Shown one piece after another: positions 10,950-20,562 of a DNA stretch of 64,000 nucleotides. The DNA lies in NCBI GenBank assembly GCA_965223905.1, contig CBDCXV010000010.1, positions 1,824,001 through 1,888,000 of the forward strand, in the 5' to 3' direction. A model generated the notes under the pieces. It searched no databases and had not been told where the DNA came from. It worked only from the letters and a program-made list of their open reading frames with translations. A program made the position numbers and the translations under genes. The DNA is from Candidatus Latescibacterota bacterium (GTDB lineage: Bacteria; Latescibacterota; UBA2968; UBA8231). The stretch's first letter is position 1, and each line of letters starts with the position of its first letter.

Positions 10950-12350
10950 GAGGTCACGTCAAAAGGTGTGTAAATGAGATCAGGCGACCCGCTTCAACCT
11001 TCTCTTGGTGGATGTCTTTTCGTTCTTGATGGGTTTCCCATCCTGGTATTGTTGTCCGGCGTAGACGAGGGGCAGTAATTCGGGCGCATTGAGTTTTCGA
11101 AAGCGTTTTTCTGCCACCATCAACACACGCCAAATCAGAGCGGTCGCTCCCTGGACGCGTTTGTAGCGTTTTCCGGCATTAGTCCTCAAGCGTACCGAAG
11201 CAAAGGGGCTCTCGACCGGATTGGTTGTGCGCAGGTGTTTCCAGTGCTCCTTGGGAAAGTCGTAGAAGGTGACCATGCGCTCCCAGTCGCGTTCGAGGGT
11301 GGCTACCGCCTGCGGATACCGGTCGCGGTAGCGGCGGGCAAACGTGGTACGTCGTTTCTCGGCCTCCTGGCGCGTCTCGGCCGAAGGGATCTGCGTCAGC
11401 AACGCCCGAGCCTTTCCCTGAACCCGCTTCGGCAGGTCATCGAGCACGTTGAGGATCTTGTGATTCCAGCAGCGCTGGTGCGATGCCTGCGGCCACACCT
11501 GTTCGGTGGCGCTCCAAATTGGGAGGCCCCCGTCGGCCATCAACAGCAGCGGGGCCCGCAGACCCCGATCGCGCAGGTCGCGCAGGACCTTCAGCCAGGA
11601 CTCCGTCGACTCGCGGTGGCCGGGCCACACGGCCAGTACCTCTTTCCGGCCATCACTCATGGCGCCGATGACGACCAGCAGGGCCGCCTTGTCCTTCTCC
11701 AACCCGGCCTTGACGTAGATGCCATCCGCCCACGCATACACCAGTTCGCGGTCGTCGAGACGTCGCTCTCGCCAAGTCTCCAGCTCCTCCTCCCACTGCG
11801 CCCGCAGCCGGCCAATGGACGAAGCCGACAGGGGAGCGCCGTTGCCCAAAAGCCCCCGCAAAGCCAGTTCGAAGTCACCCTGAGACAGCCCGTGCAGGTA
11901 GAGCTCGGGCAACATCCGGGTCACCTCGTGGGTACGGCGCATGAACAGCGGCAGAATACGACTCTCAAAGCGCTCTTCCAATCCCCGAACGCGCGGCCGT
12001 CTCACCTCGATGGTGCCCGACATCAACGACACCTGTCGCAGTTTGCCGTGTCCGTTGCGGGAGCCGGGGGTGCCGTCTACGGCGGACCGTCGCTGGTAGC
12101 GCGTCCGCCCCAGAAACTCCGTCACCTCCTCCTCCAGAACCCGTTGCAACAGATCCTGGATCGAGGATCGGGCCCAGTTTTCCAACGTGGCGAACGTGGG
12201 CATGGCCGGGGCTACAGATTCCAGCGTAGATTCTCTCATGGCGACTCTCTCCTTCCGTGCCCGGAGGCTACCGGGCGGTTTTGGTTGGAACTGTATAATG
12301 GAAGGTTAGGGTCGCCTTTTCTCTTTTTCCACACCTATTGAAGGTAGCTC
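10950..12350 (-). mobile_element. IS256-family insertion sequence
   Basis: Imperfect terminal IRs GAGGTCACGTCAAAAGGTGTG / GAGCTACCTTCAATAGGTGTG; flanks gcccagtt (10942-10949) and acccagtt (12351-12358) form a near-perfect 8-bp TSD. Confidence 0.9.
10980..12239 (-). CDS. tnp: IS256 (Mutator-type) DDE transposase, intact
   Basis: RNG, LYLHGLS, WADGIY, LRDRGL, MADG, QRCWNHK and LRTTNPVES motifs. Confidence 0.95.
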   Translation of the reverse strand: MRESTLESVAPAMPTFATLENWARSSIQDLLQRVLEEEVTEFLGRTRYQRRSAVDGTPGSRNGHGKLRQVSLMSGTIEVRRPRVRGLEERFESRILPLFMRRTHEVTRMLPELYLHGLSQGDFELALRGLLGNGAPLSASSIGRLRAQWEEELETWRERRLDDRELVYAWADGIYVKAGLEKDKAALLVVIGAMSDGRKEVLAVWPGHRESTESWLKVLRDLRDRGLRAPLLLMADGGLPIWSATEQVWPQASHQRCWNHKILNVLDDLPKRVQGKARALLTQIPSAETRQEAEKRRTTFARRYRDRYPQAVATLERDWERMVTFYDFPKEHWKHLRTTNPVESPFASVRLRTNAGKRYKRVQGATALIWRVLMVAEKRFRKLNAPELLPLVYAGQQYQDGKPIKNEKTSTKRRLKRVA

Positions 12351-12995
12351 ACCCAGTTGCGGCCATCTTCACTCTCGAACCAGTGCACCCCATACGGTGA
12401 CCCGTAACGACATCCCGCGCAGTAGTGCTTGCCCCGATGCCAGACGGGACCCCACAACGCGAAATTGCAGGTCCCTTCATAGGGCTCAAAGGGCGTCGAG
12501 TGATCGCCGTCCTCCGTGACGGCACAGCCCGACAGCACCGGGTGGCTGTCGGTGGGATCGACATAACAAGTGCAGTACAACCTGCGTCCGTCGGTGTAGA
12601 GGTGAGCATCGCGCGTGTCATCGTCGCCGCGCAGCACGGCCACCGTGTCCCCTGTGACCCCCGCATCGCGACTGCGCTGGACGATGACTCGACCGGAATC
12701 GTCCTGATGGTGGACATCGCCCTGGCGATACGCCACGTAGAGATCCCCCTTGAACCAGCTCGCTCCGGTGAACGCATCGTGCAGGCGGTCATTCGTTATG
12801 CGACGGATGCTGAGAACTTTCATCGAGTTGACTCTCTATGACTTTCGTGGAAATGCCGAGCTCACCGGAACAGGGCGAGAGACTGCTCGATGTCCGCCTT
12901 ACCGCCGTGCTTCTATGCCCAAAACTCGTCGTCGTGGCTTGCGCCGGGCGCTCGTGATCACGCTCGGGCTCCGCCGGAGTGACTCCAGTTTTTGC

Positions 12996-13024
12996 TTGAC
13001 GCCAGCGTTCATTCAACCCACATT
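12996..13024 (+). promoter_or_regulatory. Putative sigma70 promoter
   Basis: TTGACG-N17-CACATT upstream of the AGGAGG RBS and ATG at 13061. Confidence 0.35.
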
Positions 13025-13060
13025 ACCAGGAAATCTATTCCCTACTTAAGGAGGGATGAA

Positions 13061-13906
13061 ATGAAGAAAGTAGTTGTTTTAGCAGCAGTTTTCGGCTTGG
13101 TCGGCACGAGTATTGCCCATCAGCCGGAGGGGGAGCTCGAGTTTGTCGTGCAGTTTCCCGACGAGGCGGTCCCAAGTGTAGACGGGAATGATGGCGATTG
13201 GGGTGGAGTCCCGTCGAGATACCTTATGGGCTCTGACCAACTCTACAACTCGTATACTGAGGAAGGTCGCGGCCAGGACGACCGCAGCGACATGAACATC
13301 ACGCACATGGTCGGGTGGAACGACAACCTCAACAAGCTGTACTTCCTCACCAGGGTGTTCGACAACGTGCACAATACTGATCGGGCCGATCCTGGCCCAT
13401 TCTACAAAGATGACGCCCTGGAGATCGAAGTGGACACCCAGCACAAACCCCAGTCGGAGCAAAATGTGGACGTTGCCGACAGGATCGCCTACAAATTCGC
13501 TGTGCCCCCCGTTTCGGACGCGTTCTATTTCACGCGCCCCGTCGCCGGGGTAGCTGCATGGCTCGCTCCTGGCACTGAGTGGGTGGACTTTGGGTGGAGC
13601 TTCGACGGGGATGAGTTCGGCGAGAGCACCTACACTTACGAGCTGGCCATCACACCCATCGAGTCCTTTCCGAAGGACGAAGCCACGGCTCAGGACGGAG
13701 TAACAGTCTGGGACTTGGAGGAAGGTGATGTCATCCATCTCTCCATCAACGTTGGCGACATAGACGCGGGTGACGACTACCACGGCTTCCATAGCCTTTC
13801 GCCAACGAGTTGGAATACCGACTTCGCCCTGGACGAGATAGCCTCCGATTTCGCGACTGCCGTCGAGACAGATACCTGGGCCCGCATCAAGGCCCAGTTC
13901 AAGTAG
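13061..13906 (+). CDS. Secreted CBM9-like protein with C-terminal TAVETDTWARIK tag
   Basis: RBS AAGGAGG, signal peptide, QFPD..VPSVDG..GDW, VGWND..NKLYF, DDALEIEVD, YELAITP. Confidence 0.8.
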   Translation: MKKVVVLAAVFGLVGTSIAHQPEGELEFVVQFPDEAVPSVDGNDGDWGGVPSRYLMGSDQLYNSYTEEGRGQDDRSDMNITHMVGWNDNLNKLYFLTRVFDNVHNTDRADPGPFYKDDALEIEVDTQHKPQSEQNVDVADRIAYKFAVPPVSDAFYFTRPVAGVAAWLAPGTEWVDFGWSFDGDEFGESTYTYELAITPIESFPKDEATAQDGVTVWDLEEGDVIHLSINVGDIDAGDDYHGFHSLSPTSWNTDFALDEIASDFATAVETDTWARIKAQFK

Positions 13907-13942
13907 CGCCTGACGAGTAGCTGCCAGGTGTAGTGAGGAGTG

Positions 13943-13986
13943 ACAAGACCCGTGTCCCGCTTTGTGGGACGCGGGTCTTGTGTTTT
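13943..13986 (+). terminator. Intrinsic terminator or intergenic hairpin
   Basis: ACAAGACCCGTGTCCCGC-TTT-GTGGGACGCGGGTCTTGT stem followed by GTTTT. Confidence 0.65.
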
Positions 13987-14002
13987 CTGGCGGGAGACGA
14001 CG

Positions 14003-16129
14003 ATGTCTCACTCGGTTTTCAGGGTCGGTCTGGTTAGCCTGGTTTTGACCGGGCCGGCCATGGCCGCAAGGTCGGAATATATCCTGGCCGGGGACAGTGG
14101 AATCCCTGGCGGACAGACTTGGCCGACAGCCCTGGCGGCAGACCCCGGCTTCTACGTCGTTTTCGGCAACGACGGCAAGGCCATCGAATCCGTTCCCGTC
14201 GCCCAGGCTCCCCAGGGGGCAGGCGCCGATACCCTCATCGACTACAGCAACGGCGCCATGGAATGCGTCGACATAGACCCCACCTGGAACCTGGCCCGGC
14301 ATCTAGAGCTGGCGGATGGTCGAATTACCTCGAGCATGCAATATGGCTATCTGTACGCCGAGCTGGAATCCATCGTCAAGTCGTTTGACGGCGACCCGAC
14401 GACCGCTGCCTACCGCCCCTTTAAACAGGATCCCGACGGGCTTCCAGGCATAGGCGAGGGGTTTCGGGATAACTTCATCGTCGACTTGGGAGCGGACTTC
14501 CCGATCAACCGGGTCCGGTTTTACCCCCGCCTGGGCCGCGATGAGGATGCCCGGATCATCGAGCGGATGGAAGAGCCCAAACCGGACAAATCAGCATTCG
14601 ACACCGTGAGCTTCTCTGAAAATTACCTCGAATGGTACGAGCTCAGCGTGGCCGACCATAGCAAACCGTTCTCAAAAGATCCCACCCCCACTAGCTGGGT
14701 GCCGGGCACGCGCTGGTTCCACAGCACCGAGCGCTTTGGGGCAACGCTCGACCCGTGGTTCACGAGCCTCAAACAGACCACCGAAAATCTGGACGTGGTC
14801 GTGGATCACCGCTTCCCGCTGCGCCACGAGCGCTATGTGGCCGTCAGGCCCATCAAACCGCTGCGCGGTTGGGAAATCGCCGAGATGGAAGTCTACGGAG
14901 AGGGCTACACCAGGAAAGGGGTGTTCCTCACCAATATCCTGGACTTCGGGCAGGCAGTCAGTTGGGGCAAGATCCGCTGGGCTGGCAAGGTCCCCCCGGG
15001 CACCAAGGTGGATATCAGGACCCGCACGGGCAATGATCCGCACCCCAGCCTCTACTGGAAGCCGGGCGAGATCTCCCGCGAACTGGAGCCGATTACCCTC
15101 GAGGAGTGGGGAAAGATCGTAGGCAACAATCGTCTGGACCCCACCTACGACTGGGAAAACTGGAGCTTCTGGTCACCCCCTTACGATTTCGAATCCGGTC
15201 TCCGCGATCCGTCTACAGAGGCCGGTTTGTGGGAAGATGGCATGTCGCTGCAGTCGCCCGGCCCCAGCCGCTACCTCCAGCTCCACATTGTGCTCAAATC
15301 GACCTTCAATGCTACGCCTCGCCTGGACGCGCTGTGGATCCAGTTCTCCCAGTTTCCAGCCGCCTCCGAGCTGGTGGGGGAAATCTGGCCGATCGAAGTG
15401 GATTCTTTCGAGTCGCGCAACTTCACCTATATCGTCCGTCCGGATTTTCTCGAGGGCGATACCGGCTTCGACCGCCTCGAGATCCGCACCTATACCACGG
15501 TAGAGGAGGTCCACTCCGTCAAAATAGACTCCCGGGAGATTGATCTGTCGGATCCGAATTATACCCCCGAGATCCTGCCCGACCGGATCATCGTGAAGCT
15601 GGACAGAAAACTGCAAGACCCGGCCACCGACCGCCTCAAGCAGGTGGAGGTAAATTTCGACGCCGCCGTGCTGCGCTTTGGCACCGAATTCAAGGGATGG
15701 GTATTCAACAGCGACGACCCGGATCGCCTGAAGCAGCAGATCAAGCCGGGCAACGCCACTTTCCGCTTTGCCGGAGACGTTCTGTCGGTGCGCACTACGG
15801 TGGGGGGAGATCTGCTCGTGTTCATAGAGACTGCTCCCAATCCCTTTACTCCCAATGGAGACGGGATCAACGACGATCTGTCCCTGTCCTTCAAGGTGCG
15901 AGAGGTGGCCGTGCGTCGATCCATTCAGGTGGAGATTTACGATCTGGCCGGCAACAGGGTCTGGACCTTGACGAACAAAGACGCCACAACGGGTTCGTAC
16001 TCTTTTGTCTGGGATGGAACCAACGGCGGCGGCGATAGAGTTTCCCCCGGCCTCTACCTCTACCGCATCACCCTGGAATCTGATGGGAAGAAACACGAGA
16101 AACTTGGCAGCATAGCCGTGGCCTATTGA
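14003..16129 (+). CDS. Secreted discoidin-like + Ig + FlgD-Ig/T9SS-B-like CTD protein (paralogue A)
   Basis: Signal peptide; FDGDPTT, VDLGADF, EIAEMEVYGEGY, TRTG, WSFWSPPY, SPGPSRYLQ, GEIWP, PNPFTPNGDGIND, IYDLAG, WDG; ends VAY*. Confidence 0.85.
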   Translation: MSHSVFRVGLVSLVLTGPAMAARSEYILAGDSGIPGGQTWPTALAADPGFYVVFGNDGKAIESVPVAQAPQGAGADTLIDYSNGAMECVDIDPTWNLARHLELADGRITSSMQYGYLYAELESIVKSFDGDPTTAAYRPFKQDPDGLPGIGEGFRDNFIVDLGADFPINRVRFYPRLGRDEDARIIERMEEPKPDKSAFDTVSFSENYLEWYELSVADHSKPFSKDPTPTSWVPGTRWFHSTERFGATLDPWFTSLKQTTENLDVVVDHRFPLRHERYVAVRPIKPLRGWEIAEMEVYGEGYTRKGVFLTNILDFGQAVSWGKIRWAGKVPPGTKVDIRTRTGNDPHPSLYWKPGEISRELEPITLEEWGKIVGNNRLDPTYDWENWSFWSPPYDFESGLRDPSTEAGLWEDGMSLQSPGPSRYLQLHIVLKSTFNATPRLDALWIQFSQFPAASELVGEIWPIEVDSFESRNFTYIVRPDFLEGDTGFDRLEIRTYTTVEEVHSVKIDSREIDLSDPNYTPEILPDRIIVKLDRKLQDPATDRLKQVEVNFDAAVLRFGTEFKGWVFNSDDPDRLKQQIKPGNATFRFAGDVLSVRTTVGGDLLVFIETAPNPFTPNGDGINDDLSLSFKVREVAVRRSIQVEIYDLAGNRVWTLTNKDATTGSYSFVWDGTNGGGDRVSPGLYLYRITLESDGKKHEKLGSIAVAY

Positions 16130-16138
16130 GGTGGGTAA

Positions 16139-18205
16139 ATGCAAAGGAGCCATCGCCGCAAGGCCGGAAGGAACTTCTCGCTTGTGTGCGGCTGGATCGC
16201 GGCGGTATGCATGGCGCATGCGGCCGTCGCGCTGGAAACGATTACCATCGGCAAGAATGCCCGAATCGATTGGGATGGGTCGGGGTCGAGCTTTAGGACC
16301 ATCGATCCGGAATACCGCGCCTTACTAAATCCCAACGAAATCCTCACCGGCAACGTACCGGGCGCTTTGATCTACTTCGACCATCCGGATTCTCCGGGCA
16401 GTCTCATTCCCAGACAGCTCGAGGAGGGCGAGAATGTAGCCCTCGAGGCCGTAGCGCGAGGCGGCAAGATCGAGGCTCCAAACGACAACGCTGCCGTCAA
16501 GAAAGTCCTGGAGGAGTTGCTTACCAACCAGGCTGGAGGAGAGCTCCTGGCCTATGAGATAAGGAACGCTAACGCCAACGGGGCGCTGATCGATGGCGAT
16601 CTGGGAGGCCGCTTTGGGGTCAGCCTGATCCGCTTCTACCCCCGCAACACCCTACAGCGTTCTCCCTCAACGCCTTTTCATCAGGACTTTATGAGGGCGT
16701 ACGAAGTCTACGTCAACGACGGGCTCAATCTCACCAAAGACGGTAATCCCGACTGGGGGGAACCTCTGTCGGTGAACAATGAAAACATCAACCCAGTGGT
16801 CGAGGTGAATCTCGACCCGCCCCAGTATATCCAGTCCTTCCGGCTCAAGTCCAAATCGTCAGTCGATTTCGAGATCGACGAGATCGAGGTTTTCGGCACC
16901 GGTTTTGTGCCCACTGCCCGGTACCTTTCCGATGTGTTCGACCTGGGCCTGGCCGCATGGGGCAACATTCGCTGGACCGAACGTGTCATAGGCGATTCGT
17001 CCCGGGCTCGTCTGCTGATCTCTACCCGCACCGGCAGGGACTCAACGGCGTTCGTGTACACGCGCACGCTGGCCGAGAAAGATGATGCCCCGGAAATCTC
17101 GACGTCGCTGCGCAACCGCGGCCAGCCGATGACCCGGGAGGAATATGAAGCACTCCCCGAGAGCGACGCTGCGGGCGTGGATTGGAAGGCTGGTTCGGTC
17201 AGGGACGATCTGGAAAGCTGGAGCCCCTGGAGCACGGCCTATCGGCCCGAGGGCAACACCACCGAGGGCACCCCGATACTGTCGCCGGGTCCCCGGCGCT
17301 ACATACAGTTTCAGGTACTGGCTCTGAGCGAGGATCTGGCCTCAGCTCGTCGCCTGGACAACGTCTCCTTAGAGTATCTGGTGTCGCTTCTGGCCGATCA
17401 GTTCGTGGTCGAAATTTTCCCGCGCGAAGTAGAGGCCTCTACCATCACGACATTCACCTATGCGGTGCGCCCCACCATAGAGACCGACGGGCTGCTCGGT
17501 TTCGATGCCTTTGAGATCTCCACGCCCCTACGCGTCGAGAGGGTGGACCGCATCGAAATCCTGAATTCCGATGGATCGCTGGCGGCCAAACATGACTTCA
17601 CTGCACAAGATCCCGACGCAGGCAGCCCCTTCGAGATCACGGCCATTGAGGACAATAGATTCGCCGTCCGCTTCCCGCTCGTCCTGGATAATAATAGCCT
17701 CCTCAAGATCACCTTCCGAGCTGCAGTACTGGTTTACAGTACGAGTTTCAGCGGCAGAGCGTTCCTTTCCGCCGAGCCCGACGCCATCCAGACCACCGTC
17801 CCGGGAGACGCCGCCAACCTGGGGGAAACCGACGACCCTACGCTGTCGGGGAATACAGTTTTCAGTCCCTCCATCCTCGAAGGTCGGCTGATCGATGCAT
17901 TCGAGACCGTCCCCAATATCATTACCCCGAACGGGGACGACATAAATGATGAGGTTGCCGTAGTCTACAATATTCTCAGCCTGACCAAAGCGGGCAGAGT
18001 GACGGTGCAGATCTACGATCTGGCCGGCAGACTGGTCCACACCCTGCACGACGACGACGAGCGCAGTGGCCGCTACTTCCTCGAGTGGGACGGACTCGAC
18101 GCCGAGGGGAACCGTGCTCTTCCGGGCATCTATCTGCTCTCGGTCTCTGTAGACGGAGACAGTCGCAACGATGCGCAAATAAAACCCATATCCGTAGTCT
18201 ACTGA
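16139..18205 (+). CDS. Secreted FlgD-Ig CTD protein (paralogue B)
   Basis: Same motif series as paralogue A (DLGGRF, EIDEIEVFGTGF, TRTG, WSPWS, SPGPRRYIQ, TPNGDDIND); ends VVY*. Confidence 0.85.
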   Translation: MQRSHRRKAGRNFSLVCGWIAAVCMAHAAVALETITIGKNARIDWDGSGSSFRTIDPEYRALLNPNEILTGNVPGALIYFDHPDSPGSLIPRQLEEGENVALEAVARGGKIEAPNDNAAVKKVLEELLTNQAGGELLAYEIRNANANGALIDGDLGGRFGVSLIRFYPRNTLQRSPSTPFHQDFMRAYEVYVNDGLNLTKDGNPDWGEPLSVNNENINPVVEVNLDPPQYIQSFRLKSKSSVDFEIDEIEVFGTGFVPTARYLSDVFDLGLAAWGNIRWTERVIGDSSRARLLISTRTGRDSTAFVYTRTLAEKDDAPEISTSLRNRGQPMTREEYEALPESDAAGVDWKAGSVRDDLESWSPWSTAYRPEGNTTEGTPILSPGPRRYIQFQVLALSEDLASARRLDNVSLEYLVSLLADQFVVEIFPREVEASTITTFTYAVRPTIETDGLLGFDAFEISTPLRVERVDRIEILNSDGSLAAKHDFTAQDPDAGSPFEITAIEDNRFAVRFPLVLDNNSLLKITFRAAVLVYSTSFSGRAFLSAEPDAIQTTVPGDAANLGETDDPTLSGNTVFSPSILEGRLIDAFETVPNIITPNGDDINDEVAVVYNILSLTKAGRVTVQIYDLAGRLVHTLHDDDERSGRYFLEWDGLDAEGNRALPGIYLLSVSVDGDSRNDAQIKPISVVY

Positions 18206-20562
18206 TCCCTGGGGGAGCGCGGTCTGGAATCGCGTTCCCCCAAGATCTCTTCCACTACCTTGCCCGTCTTCTCCTCTGCAATCTGCCGCATCCGGTGTCG
18301 GCGAGTCTCGCGTTCGAAGTGTTCGAACGCCGCCCTGGCCCGATCCTGTTGCCCGGTCCTCTTATATAGTCTTCCCAGTTCCTGGTGGACCATGTAATCC
18401 TCCGGGACCAGGCTCGCAACCGTCGAAAGGTGCTGGATAGCGGCCTCATAGCGCCCCCTGCCGCTCTCGAACCTGCCCATGCTCCGCAACGCAGGCACAG
18501 ATTGAGGATCTACTGCCAGCGCCGTCTTCAGGTAGTGCTCGGCCTCGGCTTCATGACCTCGCTTCAAGAGCAAGTCAGCCAGCTGGCACAGGCCCTCGAC
18601 ATGATCGGGCTGCTGCTCGACCAGTATTCTGTACTCCGCCAGGGCCTGGTCATCCTTCCCCTGGACCTGGTAGAGCTGGGCCAGCTGATATCGCACCAGC
18701 AGGGAATCGGGCTTGAGTTCCAGAACCCTGCAATAGGCTGCCTCGGCTTCGGCCGGAGCGTCGCTCATCAGATACGCATAGGCGAGACGCCCGTGCAGTG
18801 CCGCCCATTCGGAGCGCCGCGGCATGAGATCCTGATAGAAGTCAATGGCCTGCTGGTATTCGGCTTTCTTCAGGAACACATCCGCCAGACGCAAGCGGAC
18901 ATCATCTCGATCCGGATAGTAAGCCAGTAGCTGCCGATAGGCCTCTATGGCGTCGTCGTAGCGCCGCCGCACCGCGTACATGGTGCCCAGCCCCAGGAGC
19001 GCATCCTCGTGGGCAGGGTCGAGTTTGACAGCGTGTCGGTACTGGCGCTGGGCATTGGCCTGCATCCCCTTTTCCTGGAAAGCCAGGCCCGTCAAGTAGT
19101 GCTGGTAGACGTCGCCTTCCGTGTTCATGGCTCCTACCCCGCGATTCGTCCCGAACAACAGCAACAGGAGGAGTACCCCGGCAAGTGCCAGCCGGGTACC
19201 GCGCTGATAGAATAGGGTCAGGAGCCCGTGCGCGGCGAAGAGCAGGAGGAACGGCACCACCGGCAGTCGATAGCGGCCGGTTACGAAGAACAGGATGACC
19301 GAGAAGGCATAGGTCGCGGTGAACAGAAGCACCAGCGCCCCGGCCGGACTCCGTCGCAAGGGTCCCATCAGACAGACCCCCAGACCGAGCAGGGCCAGCG
19401 GGGCAATCACGCCAAAGGGGAAGGCGAGGCCGTACTTCCACAGCAATCCCCGCAGCAGAGAGGAGTGCGTGCGGGCGTAGTAGGGATCCAGGTTCCTGAG
19501 TATCTCGTCGCCGCGCCAGAACAGACGAGCTTTATGCAGCAGCAGGCCGAAATACCCCACAGGATCGGATGAGACAAATGACCAGGACTGGGAAAAGAAA
19601 TAGCGCGATCCAGCCGACTTGCCGGTGATGCCCGCCTCGCGTTCGGGGCGATTGACCAGATCGACCCATTCCCGACCCGGTCTGATGGTCACGGTATGTT
19701 TGTAGTCGGGATTGTTGCCAATAAAGAAATTGACGCCGGCATTATAGGAGACCAGCACCCATTCACTGCCCACAATGCGGTTGCGCAGGGTCACCGGCGC
19801 CAGCACGAGGGCGATGCCAAGGCAAAAGGCGGCCAGCTGCAATAGGAGGCCGCGTCTCGACCTCGGCAGCAATTGGTCGGCCTCTCCATCAAAGGGACTT
19901 TCACCACGGCCTCCTCGGCGTGGGCGGCTCCGCGCATCCGGTGGAGAAGCCGGCAGAAAACGGAGAGCCCACAGGAAGACGACGGGGGCGAACAGAAATA
20001 CGTTTGCAACCAGCAGTCCCGAGCATGCCAGCAGCAGACCGGCCAGCAACCAGCGGACCTCACCGGTGCCTCGGGCAGCCCACAGCAAGGTGAGCAGCAG
20101 CACTACGTTGAGGCACGTTGCCAGTCCGACCGGCAGCAGCTCTCCCTCGAAATAGATGAAAGGGCCGTAGAGCGCGGCCGTACCGGCCGCCAGCCAGCCT
20201 GCAGTAGGGGAGGAGAATGTCCTGCGCCCCAACCAGTAGAGCGAAACGCAGGTGATCGCGCCCGCCACGGCCTGCACAAAGCGGGGCAGGTAGTAATTTT
20301 CGCCGAACAGGGCGAAGAGCAGGCCGAGAAAGTAGGGATACAGCGGCGGCTGCCAGAAAGGCTCAGAGCTACCTGCCCAGGCTCCGCTCGCCAATTGCAG
20401 CGCCTCTTCCACATAGGTCCCGGCATCGACCACGGGGGTGTCGAACAGAGGACTTTCAGACGCATGATACAGGTAGAAAAGCCGCAGGGCCAAGGCCAGC
20501 CCCGCCAGCAGGGCCAGCCTGGCCCCTGTGCTCCGCCATCCTATGCTGCCGTGGCTCCTCAA
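18199..20562 (-). CDS. GT-C (ArnT/PMT-like) membrane glycosyltransferase fused to C-terminal TPRs
   Basis: VDAGTY...FWQPPLYPYFL, YGPFIYFEG, NFFIGNNP, RYRLP, then TPR array; start overlaps the stop of the upstream gene. Confidence 0.8.
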   Translation of the reverse strand: MRSHGSIGWRSTGARLALLAGLALALRLFYLYHASESPLFDTPVVDAGTYVEEALQLASGAWAGSSEPFWQPPLYPYFLGLLFALFGENYYLPRFVQAVAGAITCVSLYWLGRRTFSSPTAGWLAAGTAALYGPFIYFEGELLPVGLATCLNVVLLLTLLWAARGTGEVRWLLAGLLLACSGLLVANVFLFAPVVFLWALRFLPASPPDARSRPRRGGRGESPFDGEADQLLPRSRRGLLLQLAAFCLGIALVLAPVTLRNRIVGSEWVLVSYNAGVNFFIGNNPDYKHTVTIRPGREWVDLVNRPEREAGITGKSAGSRYFFSQSWSFVSSDPVGYFGLLLHKARLFWRGDEILRNLDPYYARTHSSLLRGLLWKYGLAFPFGVIAPLALLGLGVCLMGPLRRSPAGALVLLFTATYAFSVILFFVTGRYRLPVVPFLLLFAAHGLLTLFYQRGTRLALAGVLLLLLLFGTNRGVGAMNTEGDVYQHYLTGLAFQEKGMQANAQRQYRHAVKLDPAHEDALLGLGTMYAVRRRYDDAIEAYRQLLAYYPDRDDVRLRLADVFLKKAEYQQAIDFYQDLMPRRSEWAALHGRLAYAYLMSDAPAEAEAAYCRVLELKPDSLLVRYQLAQLYQVQGKDDQALAEYRILVEQQPDHVEGLCQLADLLLKRGHEAEAEHYLKTALAVDPQSVPALRSMGRFESGRGRYEAAIQHLSTVASLVPEDYMVHQELGRLYKRTGQQDRARAAFEHFERETRRHRMRQIAEEKTGKVVEEILGERDSRPRSPRDQ

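Larger units (their letters stand above)
10014..12823 (-). pseudogene. Sialidase/BNR-like beta-propeller protein disrupted by IS256 and frameshifts
   Basis: N-part HDAFTG...DTRDAHL (12351-12823) and C-part LPSG..DNSYMG...PDIYVA (10462-10940) match paralogues at 29844 and 48025; frameshifted tail reaches 10014. Confidence 0.75.
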
